Assembly: GCA_038214755.1 (NCBI GenBank)
Contig: JBBQRQ010000106.1
Span: 1-17,559 of the forward strand
Direction: 5' to 3'
Length of the DNA: 17,559 nucleotides
Source of the DNA: Verrucomicrobiota bacterium
GTDB taxonomy: Bacteria; Verrucomicrobiota; Verrucomicrobiia; Limisphaerales; CANJXF01
Shown in pieces: positions 6,816 to 15,565 of the stretch (position 1 is its first letter; every line of letters starts with the position of its first letter). The notes under the pieces were generated by a model. That model was given only the letters and a program-made list of their open reading frames with translations, ran no database searches and was not told where the DNA came from. Made by a program: the position numbers and the translations under genes.

Positions 6816-9800
6816 CTATTCGGGTAGAAGAAAAAATTGTTGATAAACTCCGCGAATTTCTCCCCGAAATTCTTTTACCGCTTGCATGAACTCTTCCGTG
6901 GTTTTGAATCCGCACCGCACGGCCACTCGATAGAGCGGCGCGTCTTCATCGGGTAACATCGTTTCTCCCGCAAAACTCCATCGGCGCAGAATCCCTTCGA
7001 TGCGACGAAGCTGCCAGTAATTTTCGATCAGGATTTCGCCGTCGTTTTTTGCGAACACGCCTTTCTCCAAACCAAGCTCTAATGCTCGCAAGGTATTCGG
7101 CTCGCGCCACCCATGTTCGAGACAAAGCGTTTGCGCGATGAATTCCGCATCGATCAATCCACCCGATCCGGTTTTGATGGCGAGTGCATCTTTGCCAGGG
7201 GGAGTTCGTTCTTTTTCAATGCGACTTCGCATCCGCGCAATTTCCATTTTCCACAGCGGCGTGAATGCCGCCAGCGAGCGACGGGTAGCATCTGCCTCCG
7301 GCGGGTGCGTATCGGAAAAATCGGTGAGCGCCGCGGCGAGTTCCCCAAATTGTTTTCCAATCTTTTCATCGCCGGCGATGAACCGAATCCGCGTGAGCGA
7401 TTGAATCTCCCAGAGCTGTGCGCGGCGGCGATAATATTCCTCGTAAGCGGCAAGCGTGTTGACGAGCAAACCTTTTTCTCCGTCGGGACGAAGGCGCGCA
7501 TCGGTTTGGAAAACGATGCCCGCTTCGGTTTGCGCTGAAAGTAAATCCATCACTTCCACCGCCAGTTTTTGCAGCGAAGAAAGATTTTTTGTTTTCGAGT
7601 CGGCGACAAAAATAATGTCGAGGTCGGAACCGTAATTGATTTCTGCACCGCCGAGTTTGCCCAGGCCAATGATGCAAAAAAACGGTTTAGAAATTTTGTT
7701 TTTCCGCAGAACGACTTCCACCGCGTATTGCAAACAGGCGTTGGCCAGCGCAGAAAGCTCGGTGAGATTTTGCTCGAAATCCGCGAGTCCCAAAATATCG
7801 CGCAGCCCGATGCGCATCAGTTCGGCTTGATGATATTTTCGCAGCCAAAGTTTTTGATCTTCATCTTTAATCCCGTGGCGCAAATCTGCCAACGTTTCCG
7901 GCGCAGTTTTTTGCCGGCGAAGACGTCCGCTCAATTCCAATTCATCAACCAGGTCGGGAGTGCGAATGGCGATTTCCGCGAGAAATTCGGAGCGATCAAA
8001 AAGCCAGATCAATAATTCGAAGAGCGACGGATTCGTTGTCCAAAGCTCATAAAGCAGAGAGCGCGCGCCGTAAACTCCGACAAAACTATCGAGCCGAGCG
8101 AGAACGCGATCAGGATCGGATAAAAAATTGTAGCGGCGGTCTGTGACCGCCGCTGATTTGTTTTCCGCGGGAGAATTTGCGGTCACAGACGCGACGTTAC
8201 CATTTGCGGCGGTCACAGACGCGCCGCTACAAAGGGCGAAAAATTTCGGGAGAAGTTCTCGCGCGAGTTCGACCGTGCGCGGAGACACGTGGACGTAACC
8301 GGGGCCTTCCACAAAAATTTGGATCAGTCGAAACGCCTGGTCCACGTCGCGAAAGGAATGGGTTGCGAGAATTTTCTTCCACTCGGCTTCGTAGCCAAAA
8401 AATTGATCCGGCAAATCGGAACGTCGCAATGGCTCGTCTGTTTTTAATAATTTGTCGTAGGCGCGACGCACATTTTCCCGATGCGTTTCGTGCGCTTTTT
8501 CAAACGCAGGCAACGATTCGAATCCCATCAGGCGAGCCAGCCGTTCGCGAAATTTTCTCTCGGTCGGAATGGTGTGCGTCTGCTGGTTGTTTTCCATTTG
8601 CAGGCGATGCTCGACATCGCGCAAAAAGAAATAGGCCTTCGTCAAATCGCCCGCCTCGTCGGCAAAAAGTAATTTGTATTGAACGAGCTTTTGCAGAATC
8701 GAGATAGTTTGCGCGCCTTGCAGAAAAGGAATTTTTCCCGCGTGTAGAATTTGTAAAGCCTGGACGACGAATTCGATTTCGCGAATGCCGCCTCGACCAA
8801 GTTTCACGTTGCGTTCGAGTTCGCCGGATTTGACGACTTCATTTTCGATGCGCTGTTTGACCGCGGCGATCTCGCGCAGCACTCGTTCGTTGAGCGAGCG
8901 CGGAAAACGAAATGGCTGGATCATTTCGAGAAATTCAGCGGCGAGTTGTTCATCACCGGCCACGCCGCGAGCCTTGATCAACATCATGCGCTCCCAGGTT
9001 TGTCCCCATTGCGCGTAATAATTTTCATAGCTGGAGAGCGAGCGGGCCAGAGGACCGGCGTTGCCTTCCGGCCGCAAACGAAGATCGATGCGAAACAACA
9101 TTCCTTCCTCGGTCATGCGGCTGATCTCGGCGATGAACGCTTCGCTGAGTCGGGTAAAAAATTGATGATTGGTCAGGCCTTTGCCTGGCGGATCGTTTTT
9201 TTTCGGCGGCGTTTTGAAAACATTTCCCTCCTCGCCGTAAAGAAATAAAACATCGACGTCGGAACTGTAATTCAATTCCTGCCCGCCTAATTTTCCCATG
9301 CCGAGAACGCAAAACGGCGTCGGTTGCCAACGTTCCTCCGCATCGAGATGAAAGGGTGCGCCGAAACGCTCGACCAACTGCTGGCGGCAGAGTTGAAAAA
9401 CGGTGTCGAGACAAACGTCGGCCAGGTTGGAAAGTTCTCGGGTGATTTCGGGAACCTCGGCGAGCCGTGCCAGGTCGCGAGTAGCGATGCGTAACATTTC
9501 CCGCTGTTTGAACAGGCGAGTTTTCCCGAACGCGCCAGAATAATCGCGCGATTTCAAGCCTGGTTTGAGCCAAGCGTTGACTTCGCGTCGCAGCCCTTGC
9601 TCCTGCCTGGGAAATTTAAGTTGCTCAGGTTCCAGAACAGCGAGCCATTCGGGATGAGCGATGAGCCACTCGCCGAGCGCTTGGGAGCCGGCAAACAGCG
9701 CAGTAAGGATGTGACTTTTTTCGACGGGGAAATTTTTTAAATCCGCAATCGCGTCGGTGGTTTGAAGCTGCTCAAAAAATTTCCGAACCCGCGGCGGATC

Positions 9801-9842
9801 GGCGGAGTGTTCGACGATTTTCGACCAGGATTTCGGCGGCAT
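6816..9842 (-). CDS. glnE: Bifunctional glutamine synthetase adenylyltransferase/adenylyl-removing enzyme
   Basis: Two nucleotidyltransferase domains, GMGKLGGQELNYSSDVD...RIDLRLRPEG and GLGKLGGAEINYGSDLD...DARLRPDG. Also NVKLGRGGIREIEF and IKTGSGGLIDAEF. Length is 1008 aa. Confidence 0.96.
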   Translation of the reverse strand: MPPKSWSKIVEHSADPPRVRKFFEQLQTTDAIADLKNFPVEKSHILTALFAGSQALGEWLIAHPEWLAVLEPEQLKFPRQEQGLRREVNAWLKPGLKSRDYSGAFGKTRLFKQREMLRIATRDLARLAEVPEITRELSNLADVCLDTVFQLCRQQLVERFGAPFHLDAEERWQPTPFCVLGMGKLGGQELNYSSDVDVLFLYGEEGNVFKTPPKKNDPPGKGLTNHQFFTRLSEAFIAEISRMTEEGMLFRIDLRLRPEGNAGPLARSLSSYENYYAQWGQTWERMMLIKARGVAGDEQLAAEFLEMIQPFRFPRSLNERVLREIAAVKQRIENEVVKSGELERNVKLGRGGIREIEFVVQALQILHAGKIPFLQGAQTISILQKLVQYKLLFADEAGDLTKAYFFLRDVEHRLQMENNQQTHTIPTERKFRERLARLMGFESLPAFEKAHETHRENVRRAYDKLLKTDEPLRRSDLPDQFFGYEAEWKKILATHSFRDVDQAFRLIQIFVEGPGYVHVSPRTVELARELLPKFFALCSGASVTAANGNVASVTANSPAENKSAAVTDRRYNFLSDPDRVLARLDSFVGVYGARSLLYELWTTNPSLFELLIWLFDRSEFLAEIAIRTPDLVDELELSGRLRRQKTAPETLADLRHGIKDEDQKLWLRKYHQAELMRIGLRDILGLADFEQNLTELSALANACLQYAVEVVLRKNKISKPFFCIIGLGKLGGAEINYGSDLDIIFVADSKTKNLSSLQKLAVEVMDLLSAQTEAGIVFQTDARLRPDGEKGLLVNTLAAYEEYYRRRAQLWEIQSLTRIRFIAGDEKIGKQFGELAAALTDFSDTHPPEADATRRSLAAFTPLWKMEIARMRSRIEKERTPPGKDALAIKTGSGGLIDAEFIAQTLCLEHGWREPNTLRALELGLEKGVFAKNDGEILIENYWQLRRIEGILRRWSFAGETMLPDEDAPLYRVAVRCGFKTTEEFMQAVKEFRGEIRGVYQQFFLLPE
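8128..8232. repeat. GTAG-type REP cluster (REPIN-like) inside glnE
   Basis: TTGTAGCGGCGGTCTGTGACCGCCG is followed by two oppositely oriented copies, GCGGTCACAGACGCGACGTTAC and GCGGCGGTCACAGACGCGCCGCTACAA. The first unit has a perfect 10-bp stem. Confidence 0.8.
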
Positions 9843-10005
9843 GATTTAGAATAACATCGGCGATAATATTTTCAGGAAACAAAAAATTAGAAGGGATCTG
9901 TCTGCTTGAGTCATCACACCCGCCGAACTTCGTGAGGTATTCCGGCAGGTGCAAACAGAAGCCTGGCGTACACCGCGCTCTGACGGTGGGCGCCATAATC
10001 GGCGT

Positions 10006-12372
10006 TCATTCTTTCGGTTTGAGAAAAAACAGGTTGGTTTTTTCTCCGCGCTCTCCGCCAACAAACCCCGGCACGGTCACTTCAATAAGCGGCTGCTGGC
10101 CAAACCAGTTTCCTTCGATGGAGAGTTGAAAATTATTTTCGCGCGGCTCAAAGGAAATTTTCACCGCCCCAAAGCGCGTCAAGGTTGTCCCGAACGAAAA
10201 AGCTTTTCCACTGTGCAACCAGCGCGGGAAAATTCCCGATCCCACGATGAGCCGGTCACTTTCTTCGCGAACAAATAAATTGCGGATCATCAGCGCCCAT
10301 TCCGCCGCCGCCCAAACGTGCTGGCCGTCGCCCATGCAGCCGCCTTTGGTTTGCGGGTGAATTGCTTCCGGCCATTGCCCGGTCGGACTGGCCAGACGCG
10401 CGACCGTGTCGATCAAATCCAGCGCGCGCAAATCTCCCGCGCGCAACAAAACCTGCGCCAGATGCAGAGTGAGATAGGCGTTGATTCCGCTGTGAATCAT
10501 GTTCTGAAAAAATCCTCCCTCAAAAAAGCTGTGCTGCAAAAGATACTCCGCCGTTTTCTCAATTCGCGTTTCGCCCGGCGGAAAAAGTTGCAGCGGAAAA
10601 TCGGCGACGAGCGACCCGACCGCCCCCGCGTCCATGCGGCGATGCGGAGAAGCGGAAATCGCGCCGCGCGCTTCGCGGTCAGGAATTTTTTTGAATGAGG
10701 CGATAATCGTTTCCAAATATTCACCCGCGCCGTCGGAAAAATATTTCGCCTTTTCAGGTTTGGTTGATTGCAACAAGTCGGCCGCGCAACGCAAGCCGGC
10801 CACGCCCCAGAAATTATCCCAGTAATAATAATCGTTGGGGCCGAGATGTTCGGCGCTGAAACCAGCGGGCAATAAACCGGCGTGGGGTTCGGGAATGTCG
10901 CGCGGCAAACGCTTTTTTAAAATCCAGTCCGCGCCTTTTTCAATGGAGCCGAGCCATTTTTGCGGAGTCGGTTCGCCGGTCAATTGCAGGTAGCGATGGT
11001 AAATCCAGATCGCCTCCCCGTTGGAATCCCACTCGCCATCCTGCGACAAAAAATAGCCCGCGTGCGTCTGGCGCTTTGGAAAAAGATCGAGCGCGCGCTT
11101 GGCACGGGCACGAGCGCCGAGAGAAATCAGGGCGTTCAAAATGAAAGCGGCGTCGCGATACCAGAAACGTTTGTAGGTGTAGGGGCCGGGATAAACTTCG
11201 TGAGGAGAATGGAGAACGAGCGAAGAAATAGCCGTATCGTAGAGAAATTTTATTTTTTGGTCGGGGACTTCCAACTGGCTGAATGCGGAAATCTCATCAC
11301 TCCATTTCGGAACGAATTCGTAAGCCGGTTCTTTGCTGGAGGTCAACTCATCGATGATTGGAACGTGAATCTCCAATGGATTTTTTTGCAGCGACGAAAC
11401 CGAAAAGAGCGCCGCGCCTGTCGCCATCGAAACGGGGCATTCGATTTCGCCAGCAGGATTTCCATAGTGGAGCAAACTTCCAGTCTGCTTTTGGGGCTTC
11501 CAGCCCCAGTCTCGCGGGCTGGAAGCCCGCAGGGGCAGACAGGATGTCTGCTCCACTACGCCTCGGTGCGACAACGCGTGCAAAACATCGCCTTCCTTGT
11601 AGTTGGAGAAAACGCATTTCTCCGGCAGAGCGTGAAAAATAATTTTGTCCTTCCCGTTGACGATCCAGTGCTGGCAATCGCCTTGCGTGCGAATGGACTC
11701 GATGAAACTGATTCCTTCGGGATTATAGGGACGAACGACGACGGCGAGTTGCGCGGGTTTTTCGGACGTGGCGGAAACGCGGATGACGCAATGCGGATGT
11801 CGATCAACCAGCCGCATTTCAATTTCGGTGGAAATGCTCCAGCCATTTTCCGCAATGTGATTGCGGATGCGCAATTGATTTTTCGTTTCGATGGTTTGCT
11901 CGATTTTTTCCAGCTTCGACGGGAGCAGGCGGCGTTTATTTTCGCCAATCAACCAGAAGTCCAGCGACCAACCGTCGAAATGCGGAGTGACCAGCCCGCG
12001 CGGATCGACAATCGGATAAAAGGGAACATCGGGCAAACCGACGGCCGTCCAATTGCGATGAGTGAGATTGATGTGGCTGAAAGAAAAAGCGCGCGGGATG
12101 AAGGAATGGTCGTGCGGATTAAATTGGCGCTCGACCCAATACGGCCAGACCCAGTCGAGATTATTTTGAATGGCCTTGGTGTTGATCAGACCGCGCGCAT
12201 GGAAAAGAAATCCGGCACGAAGCAGTTCGATCGGCTCGGATACTTCGGAAGGCTGGGCAAACTTTCGCAGCTTGGCGAGAAAAAGGATTGGATCGAGAAA
12301 CCCGTGAGAGCGCGCGGCGCGCGTCGCAAAAAACCGCCAGGGAATCCATTTCAAAAGTGCCATAACAAACAT
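10006..12372 (-). CDS. Conserved protein with a C-terminal (alpha/alpha)6 six-hairpin glycosidase-like domain; substrate unknown (start may be ATG 12363)
   Basis: Long ORF with PGPYTYKRFWYRDAAF, GEWDSNGEAIW, DYYYWDNFWGVAGL, GQWPEAIHP and MGDGQHVWAAAEW, which resemble six-hairpin glycosidase motifs. Confidence 0.7.
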   Translation of the reverse strand: MFVMALLKWIPWRFFATRAARSHGFLDPILFLAKLRKFAQPSEVSEPIELLRAGFLFHARGLINTKAIQNNLDWVWPYWVERQFNPHDHSFIPRAFSFSHINLTHRNWTAVGLPDVPFYPIVDPRGLVTPHFDGWSLDFWLIGENKRRLLPSKLEKIEQTIETKNQLRIRNHIAENGWSISTEIEMRLVDRHPHCVIRVSATSEKPAQLAVVVRPYNPEGISFIESIRTQGDCQHWIVNGKDKIIFHALPEKCVFSNYKEGDVLHALSHRGVVEQTSCLPLRASSPRDWGWKPQKQTGSLLHYGNPAGEIECPVSMATGAALFSVSSLQKNPLEIHVPIIDELTSSKEPAYEFVPKWSDEISAFSQLEVPDQKIKFLYDTAISSLVLHSPHEVYPGPYTYKRFWYRDAAFILNALISLGARARAKRALDLFPKRQTHAGYFLSQDGEWDSNGEAIWIYHRYLQLTGEPTPQKWLGSIEKGADWILKKRLPRDIPEPHAGLLPAGFSAEHLGPNDYYYWDNFWGVAGLRCAADLLQSTKPEKAKYFSDGAGEYLETIIASFKKIPDREARGAISASPHRRMDAGAVGSLVADFPLQLFPPGETRIEKTAEYLLQHSFFEGGFFQNMIHSGINAYLTLHLAQVLLRAGDLRALDLIDTVARLASPTGQWPEAIHPQTKGGCMGDGQHVWAAAEWALMIRNLFVREESDRLIVGSGIFPRWLHSGKAFSFGTTLTRFGAVKISFEPRENNFQLSIEGNWFGQQPLIEVTVPGFVGGERGEKTNLFFLKPKE
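11464..11559. repeat. Composite REP/REPIN-like palindrome inside the glycosidase-like gene
   Basis: Terminal arms TAGTGGAGCAAACTTCCAGTCTGC and GCAGACAGGATGTCTGCTCCACTA enclose two inner hairpins, TGGGGCTTCCAGCCCCA and GCGGGCTGGAAGCCCGC. Confidence 0.8.
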
Positions 12373-12497
12373 TGGCTGGTCGATTCACGCCGTCAATCCG
12401 CGCGTTTTCTACAATGGGTTTTCCATTTTTCAAAAGAGGGGATTTGCTGATTTGCAGAGGCGACGGGCGCGCGTCAATGAGGAAACCCATCCGGTCA

Positions 12498-12628
12498 CAG
12501 CGCACACTTCCCAATACCTGGGTCGCCGATTTTCAATCGACCCTGCCTGAACCGTTTTGATTTCTACGACATTGCACGCGGCGCAGGCTGGAAGCGCGGC
12601 GATACAGCAGATGGAAAATCTGCGCTAC
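12498..12628. repeat. Intergenic degenerate GTAG-type REP doublet
   Basis: The right arm GCAGGCTGGAAGCGCGGCGATACAGCAGATGGAAAATCTGCGCTAC (12583-12628) ends in CTAC. The decayed left arm is AGCGCACACTTCCCAATACCTGGGTCGCCGATTTTCAATCGACCC. Confidence 0.6.
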
Positions 12629-12692
12629 GAATGTTGCCGAAACCAAACCTTCTCTGAGACGAACAGCAGGGAAACTCAGCCCTCAAAAATAG

Positions 12693-13631
12693 TCACGGCT
12701 TTGCGTATCTTTTAAAAAATTTCACAATAATTGCCGGAGCTTCTTCAGGATATTTGTGCGTGCCCGGATGGATGTAGGTCACCACGTCGCCGCCCGCTTT
12801 TGATTTGTAAATCGTGCAGCGCTTGTCCTGCTCCCAAGGTTTGCCTTCGCCGCATTGGTTGAGTTTGCGCACTGCCTCTATCATCATTTTCTGCCACTCG
12901 AATTTCACCAGCGGATCGTTTTCGCCCGCGACGTGCAATACCGGTTTCGGAAGAAAGGTAGGGCGCGTCACTCCGTGCGCGCCGTCCGTTAAATGTTCTG
13001 AACCGATAGCCGATGTCGAAGTCGCGGCGCGCAGAGGACTGGCTCGCCCTGCCGATTCGGATTTGTCGGAATCTGTCGTCGCGCCATTTTCTTTCGGCTG
13101 GACGAGGGTGCGCGAGAGGGAAGCCGATGGCGCGAACGCGGCGAAGAGTTGGCCGCGCGCTTCCCAAAGCAGGTAGGTGAACCCGCCGCCATTGGAGTGG
13201 CCGGTGGAGTAGAGGCGTTTGGCTTCCACCTTGTAATCTTTCTTCAAGCTCGCCAGAACCGCGTCGAAGAATTTCAGATCGCGGTCGTCTTGTTTGCCGA
13301 AGCCCGATTGCCAGCCGGGTTTTTTTCCTTCGGGATCGGTCAGTCGGCCGGGCGTGTTGAGTCCCTGCATGTAAACGACAATCGCCTCCGGCCAGAGCGT
13401 TTGAATGTGGAACATCGTCGCTGCGTTTTTCATCGAACCGCCGTGCCCATGAAAGGCAAAGACGACTGGCGCGGCATTCGTTTTTGCCGTGGGCGGAATG
13501 TGAACCAGCGCTTCACGAACAACACCATCCACCTTCCACTCGCGTCGGGTCAACAGTTCGTCAGCGCCAAACACCTTGACGGAAAAAATCGAACAACAAA
13601 CCAGGACAAAGAAGATGCGCGTGAGTTTCAT
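12693..13631 (-). CDS. Secreted alpha/beta-hydrolase (LpqC/PHB-depolymerase-like esterase)
   Basis: Likely start ATG 13631 (MKLTRIFFVLVCC..., signal peptide). Motifs VVFAFHGHGG, nucleophile elbow GHSNGG, GENDPLV (Asp) and HPGTHKYP (His). Confidence 0.85.
   Translation of the reverse strand: MKLTRIFFVLVCCSIFSVKVFGADELLTRREWKVDGVVREALVHIPPTAKTNAAPVVFAFHGHGGSMKNAATMFHIQTLWPEAIVVYMQGLNTPGRLTDPEGKKPGWQSGFGKQDDRDLKFFDAVLASLKKDYKVEAKRLYSTGHSNGGGFTYLLWEARGQLFAAFAPSASLSRTLVQPKENGATTDSDKSESAGRASPLRAATSTSAIGSEHLTDGAHGVTRPTFLPKPVLHVAGENDPLVKFEWQKMMIEAVRKLNQCGEGKPWEQDKRCTIYKSKAGGDVVTYIHPGTHKYPEEAPAIIVKFFKRYAKP
12957..13053. repeat. GTAG-type REP doublet (REPIN-like) inside the esterase gene
   Basis: GGTAGGGCGCGTCACTCCGTGCGCGCCG (12957-12984) and its inverted partner CGGCGCGCAGAGGACTGGCTCGCCCTGCC (13025-13053). 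Confidence 0.8.
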
Positions 13632-13908
13632 ACGTTGCCGGACTTTAAACATTGGGCGTAGCGGAACAACGGAAAAGCTAGAGGTAAAAACAATTTTTTT
13701 GCCGCGAAAAAGAAAACAAGAAGTGAGTCGCTCATTTTGTTCCGCTAAAAATTCACGCATTGAATCTGCACCATCTCAGAATGTTTCCATCAGGGAAACC
13801 GCCCGGCACCAGATTGCGGTGGCTTCGATTCCTTCAGAAACTGCTCTGTTGTGGCGCAAAGCGCGGACGCGACTTGCCAATGCGCTCACATTTCTGTTGG
13901 ATGGCCTC

Positions 13909-15252
13909 ATGTTAAAAACTTTCGTCGGCTTCCTCGCGGTTTGCGTTATCACACCGCTGCCTCTTGTCACCGCCAACGCCGCGGACTGGCCGCAATTTCG
14001 TGGGCCGGAGGCTTGCGGAATTGATGCGGGCAAAGCCCTGCCCACCGAGTGGAAAATTGAAACCGGACGCAATGTTCGCTGGCAAACTCCATTGCCCGGA
14101 CTCGGACACGCTGCGCCCATTGTTGCGGGGAATCGCATTTACGTGGCAACCGCAGTGGGTCCAGGCAACCCTCAACTCAAAGTCGGCCTTTACGGCGACA
14201 TCGGCTCGGTCGAAGAAAATAGCGTGCAGCAATGGCGGTTGCTCGCGCTGGAGAGATCGACTGGCAAAGTGCTATGGAACATCGTCGGCCACCAAGCGCG
14301 CCCGAGGGTGAAGCGTCATCCTAAAGCGACGCACTGCAATTCCACTCCGGCCACCGACGGCAATCTCATCGTGGCGATTTTCGGTTCGGAAGGATTGTTC
14401 TGCTTCGACAAAGACGGCAAGCCGCGCTGGAAAAAAGAATTGGGGCCGATGGATTCCGGCTTCTTCGCTGTGCCCTCCGCTCAATGGGGTTTCGGGAGTT
14501 CGCCCATCATTCACGACGGGAAAGTAATTGTTCTCTGTGACGTGCAGACCAATTCCTTCCTTGCTGCTTTCGATTTGCCAACCGGCCGCGAATTGTGGCG
14601 CACGCCTCGAGGTGACGCGCCCACCTGGGGTTGCCCGACGGTGGTCGAAACCGGTAGCCGCAAGCAAATCGTCGTCAACGGCTGGCATCATTCCGGCGGA
14701 TACAACTTCACGGACGGAAAAGAATTATGGCGGCTCGACGGCGGCGGCGACATCCCGGTGCCAACACCTATTTTCGCCAACGAATTGATTTATCTCACCA
14801 GCGCCCACGGGAGCTTGCGGCCCCTCCGCGCCATCCGCCCCGAAGCGACCGGCGACATCACGCCTCCTGATCCGGCGGGCACCAACGCGGCCATCGCGTG
14901 GGCGCATCCGCGACAGGGCAACTATATGCAAACGCCGATTGCCGTCAGCAATTGGGTTTTCGGTTGCTCGGATGCCGGGGTCATTACGTGCTTCGACGCG
15001 AAGAGCGGTAAGATTTTTTACAGCGAGCGGCTCGGCATCGCGCAAGGCTACACGGCATCGCCGGTATCCGACGGACAGCATCTCTATTTTGCAGGCGAAA
15101 CCGGCAAGGTGCTGGTCGTGCCGGTGGCGGATCAATTTTCCATCGCCGCAACGAACAACCTCGGCGACATTTGTCTGGCCACGCCTGCGATCTCAGACGG
15201 GACGCTGTTGTTCCGAACCCGCACCAAGCTCATCGCCATTGGCGCCAAGTGA
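13909..15252 (+). CDS. PQQ-binding-like beta-propeller repeat protein (BamB-like fold, PVC-expanded family), secreted
   Basis: Likely start ATG 13909 (MLKTFVGFLAVC...ANA-ADWPQFRGP). Motifs WQTPLPGLGHAAPIV, STPATDG, WGFGSSPII, GRELWRT and ATPAISDGTLLFRT. Confidence 0.88.
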   Translation: MLKTFVGFLAVCVITPLPLVTANAADWPQFRGPEACGIDAGKALPTEWKIETGRNVRWQTPLPGLGHAAPIVAGNRIYVATAVGPGNPQLKVGLYGDIGSVEENSVQQWRLLALERSTGKVLWNIVGHQARPRVKRHPKATHCNSTPATDGNLIVAIFGSEGLFCFDKDGKPRWKKELGPMDSGFFAVPSAQWGFGSSPIIHDGKVIVLCDVQTNSFLAAFDLPTGRELWRTPRGDAPTWGCPTVVETGSRKQIVVNGWHHSGGYNFTDGKELWRLDGGGDIPVPTPIFANELIYLTSAHGSLRPLRAIRPEATGDITPPDPAGTNAAIAWAHPRQGNYMQTPIAVSNWVFGCSDAGVITCFDAKSGKIFYSERLGIAQGYTASPVSDGQHLYFAGETGKVLVVPVADQFSIAATNNLGDICLATPAISDGTLLFRTRTKLIAIGAK

Positions 15253-15367
15253 GGATTCCCGCAGCCGCATAAATTGCGTTGGCTTCCCGAGCGGTAGAGA
15301 CGGAGAGGGGCGCTGAACGTAAGTCGATAGGGAGAATTCGCTAGCATGCTAATCGTGTCCCAAGTAC

Positions 15368-15400
15368 AAAAAAAAAGCCGGATAACAAGTCCGGCTTTTT
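15368..15400. terminator. Bidirectional rho-independent terminator
   Basis: A-tract, GCCGGA-taacaag-TCCGGC hairpin, then a T-tract. It gives U9 on the minus strand and U5 on the plus strand, between the convergent PQQ gene and tRNA. Confidence 0.85.
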
Positions 15401-15565
15401 CACACGCGAATTTAATGAGAACGGGCTGAGAATAGGCGCTGGGCGTTATTCAACCAGTCACCAGAACTGGTGACAGCGAAGTGCGAAGGGAAAATTGCTG
15501 TTGTCAAACTCCCGGATCTTTGAAAACGGTGGATCTCTCGCGCGCTGCGTAAGTCCTGAGTTAAA

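Noticed and set aside
9897..9995. Fluoride riboswitch, glnA glutamine riboswitch or hammerhead (UGAUGACUC motif)
   Set aside because: The other required conserved elements are absent. It is kept only as an unassigned structured-RNA candidate.
10960..12450. 496-aa plus-strand ORF
   Set aside because: It lies antisense to the motif-bearing 788-aa gene and has no recognisable motifs, so it is most likely a shadow ORF.
13576..13908. N-terminal extensions of the esterase (to 13760) and PQQ protein (from 13576)
   Set aside because: They would overlap head to head. Signal peptides begin at ATG 13631 (minus) and ATG 13909 (plus).
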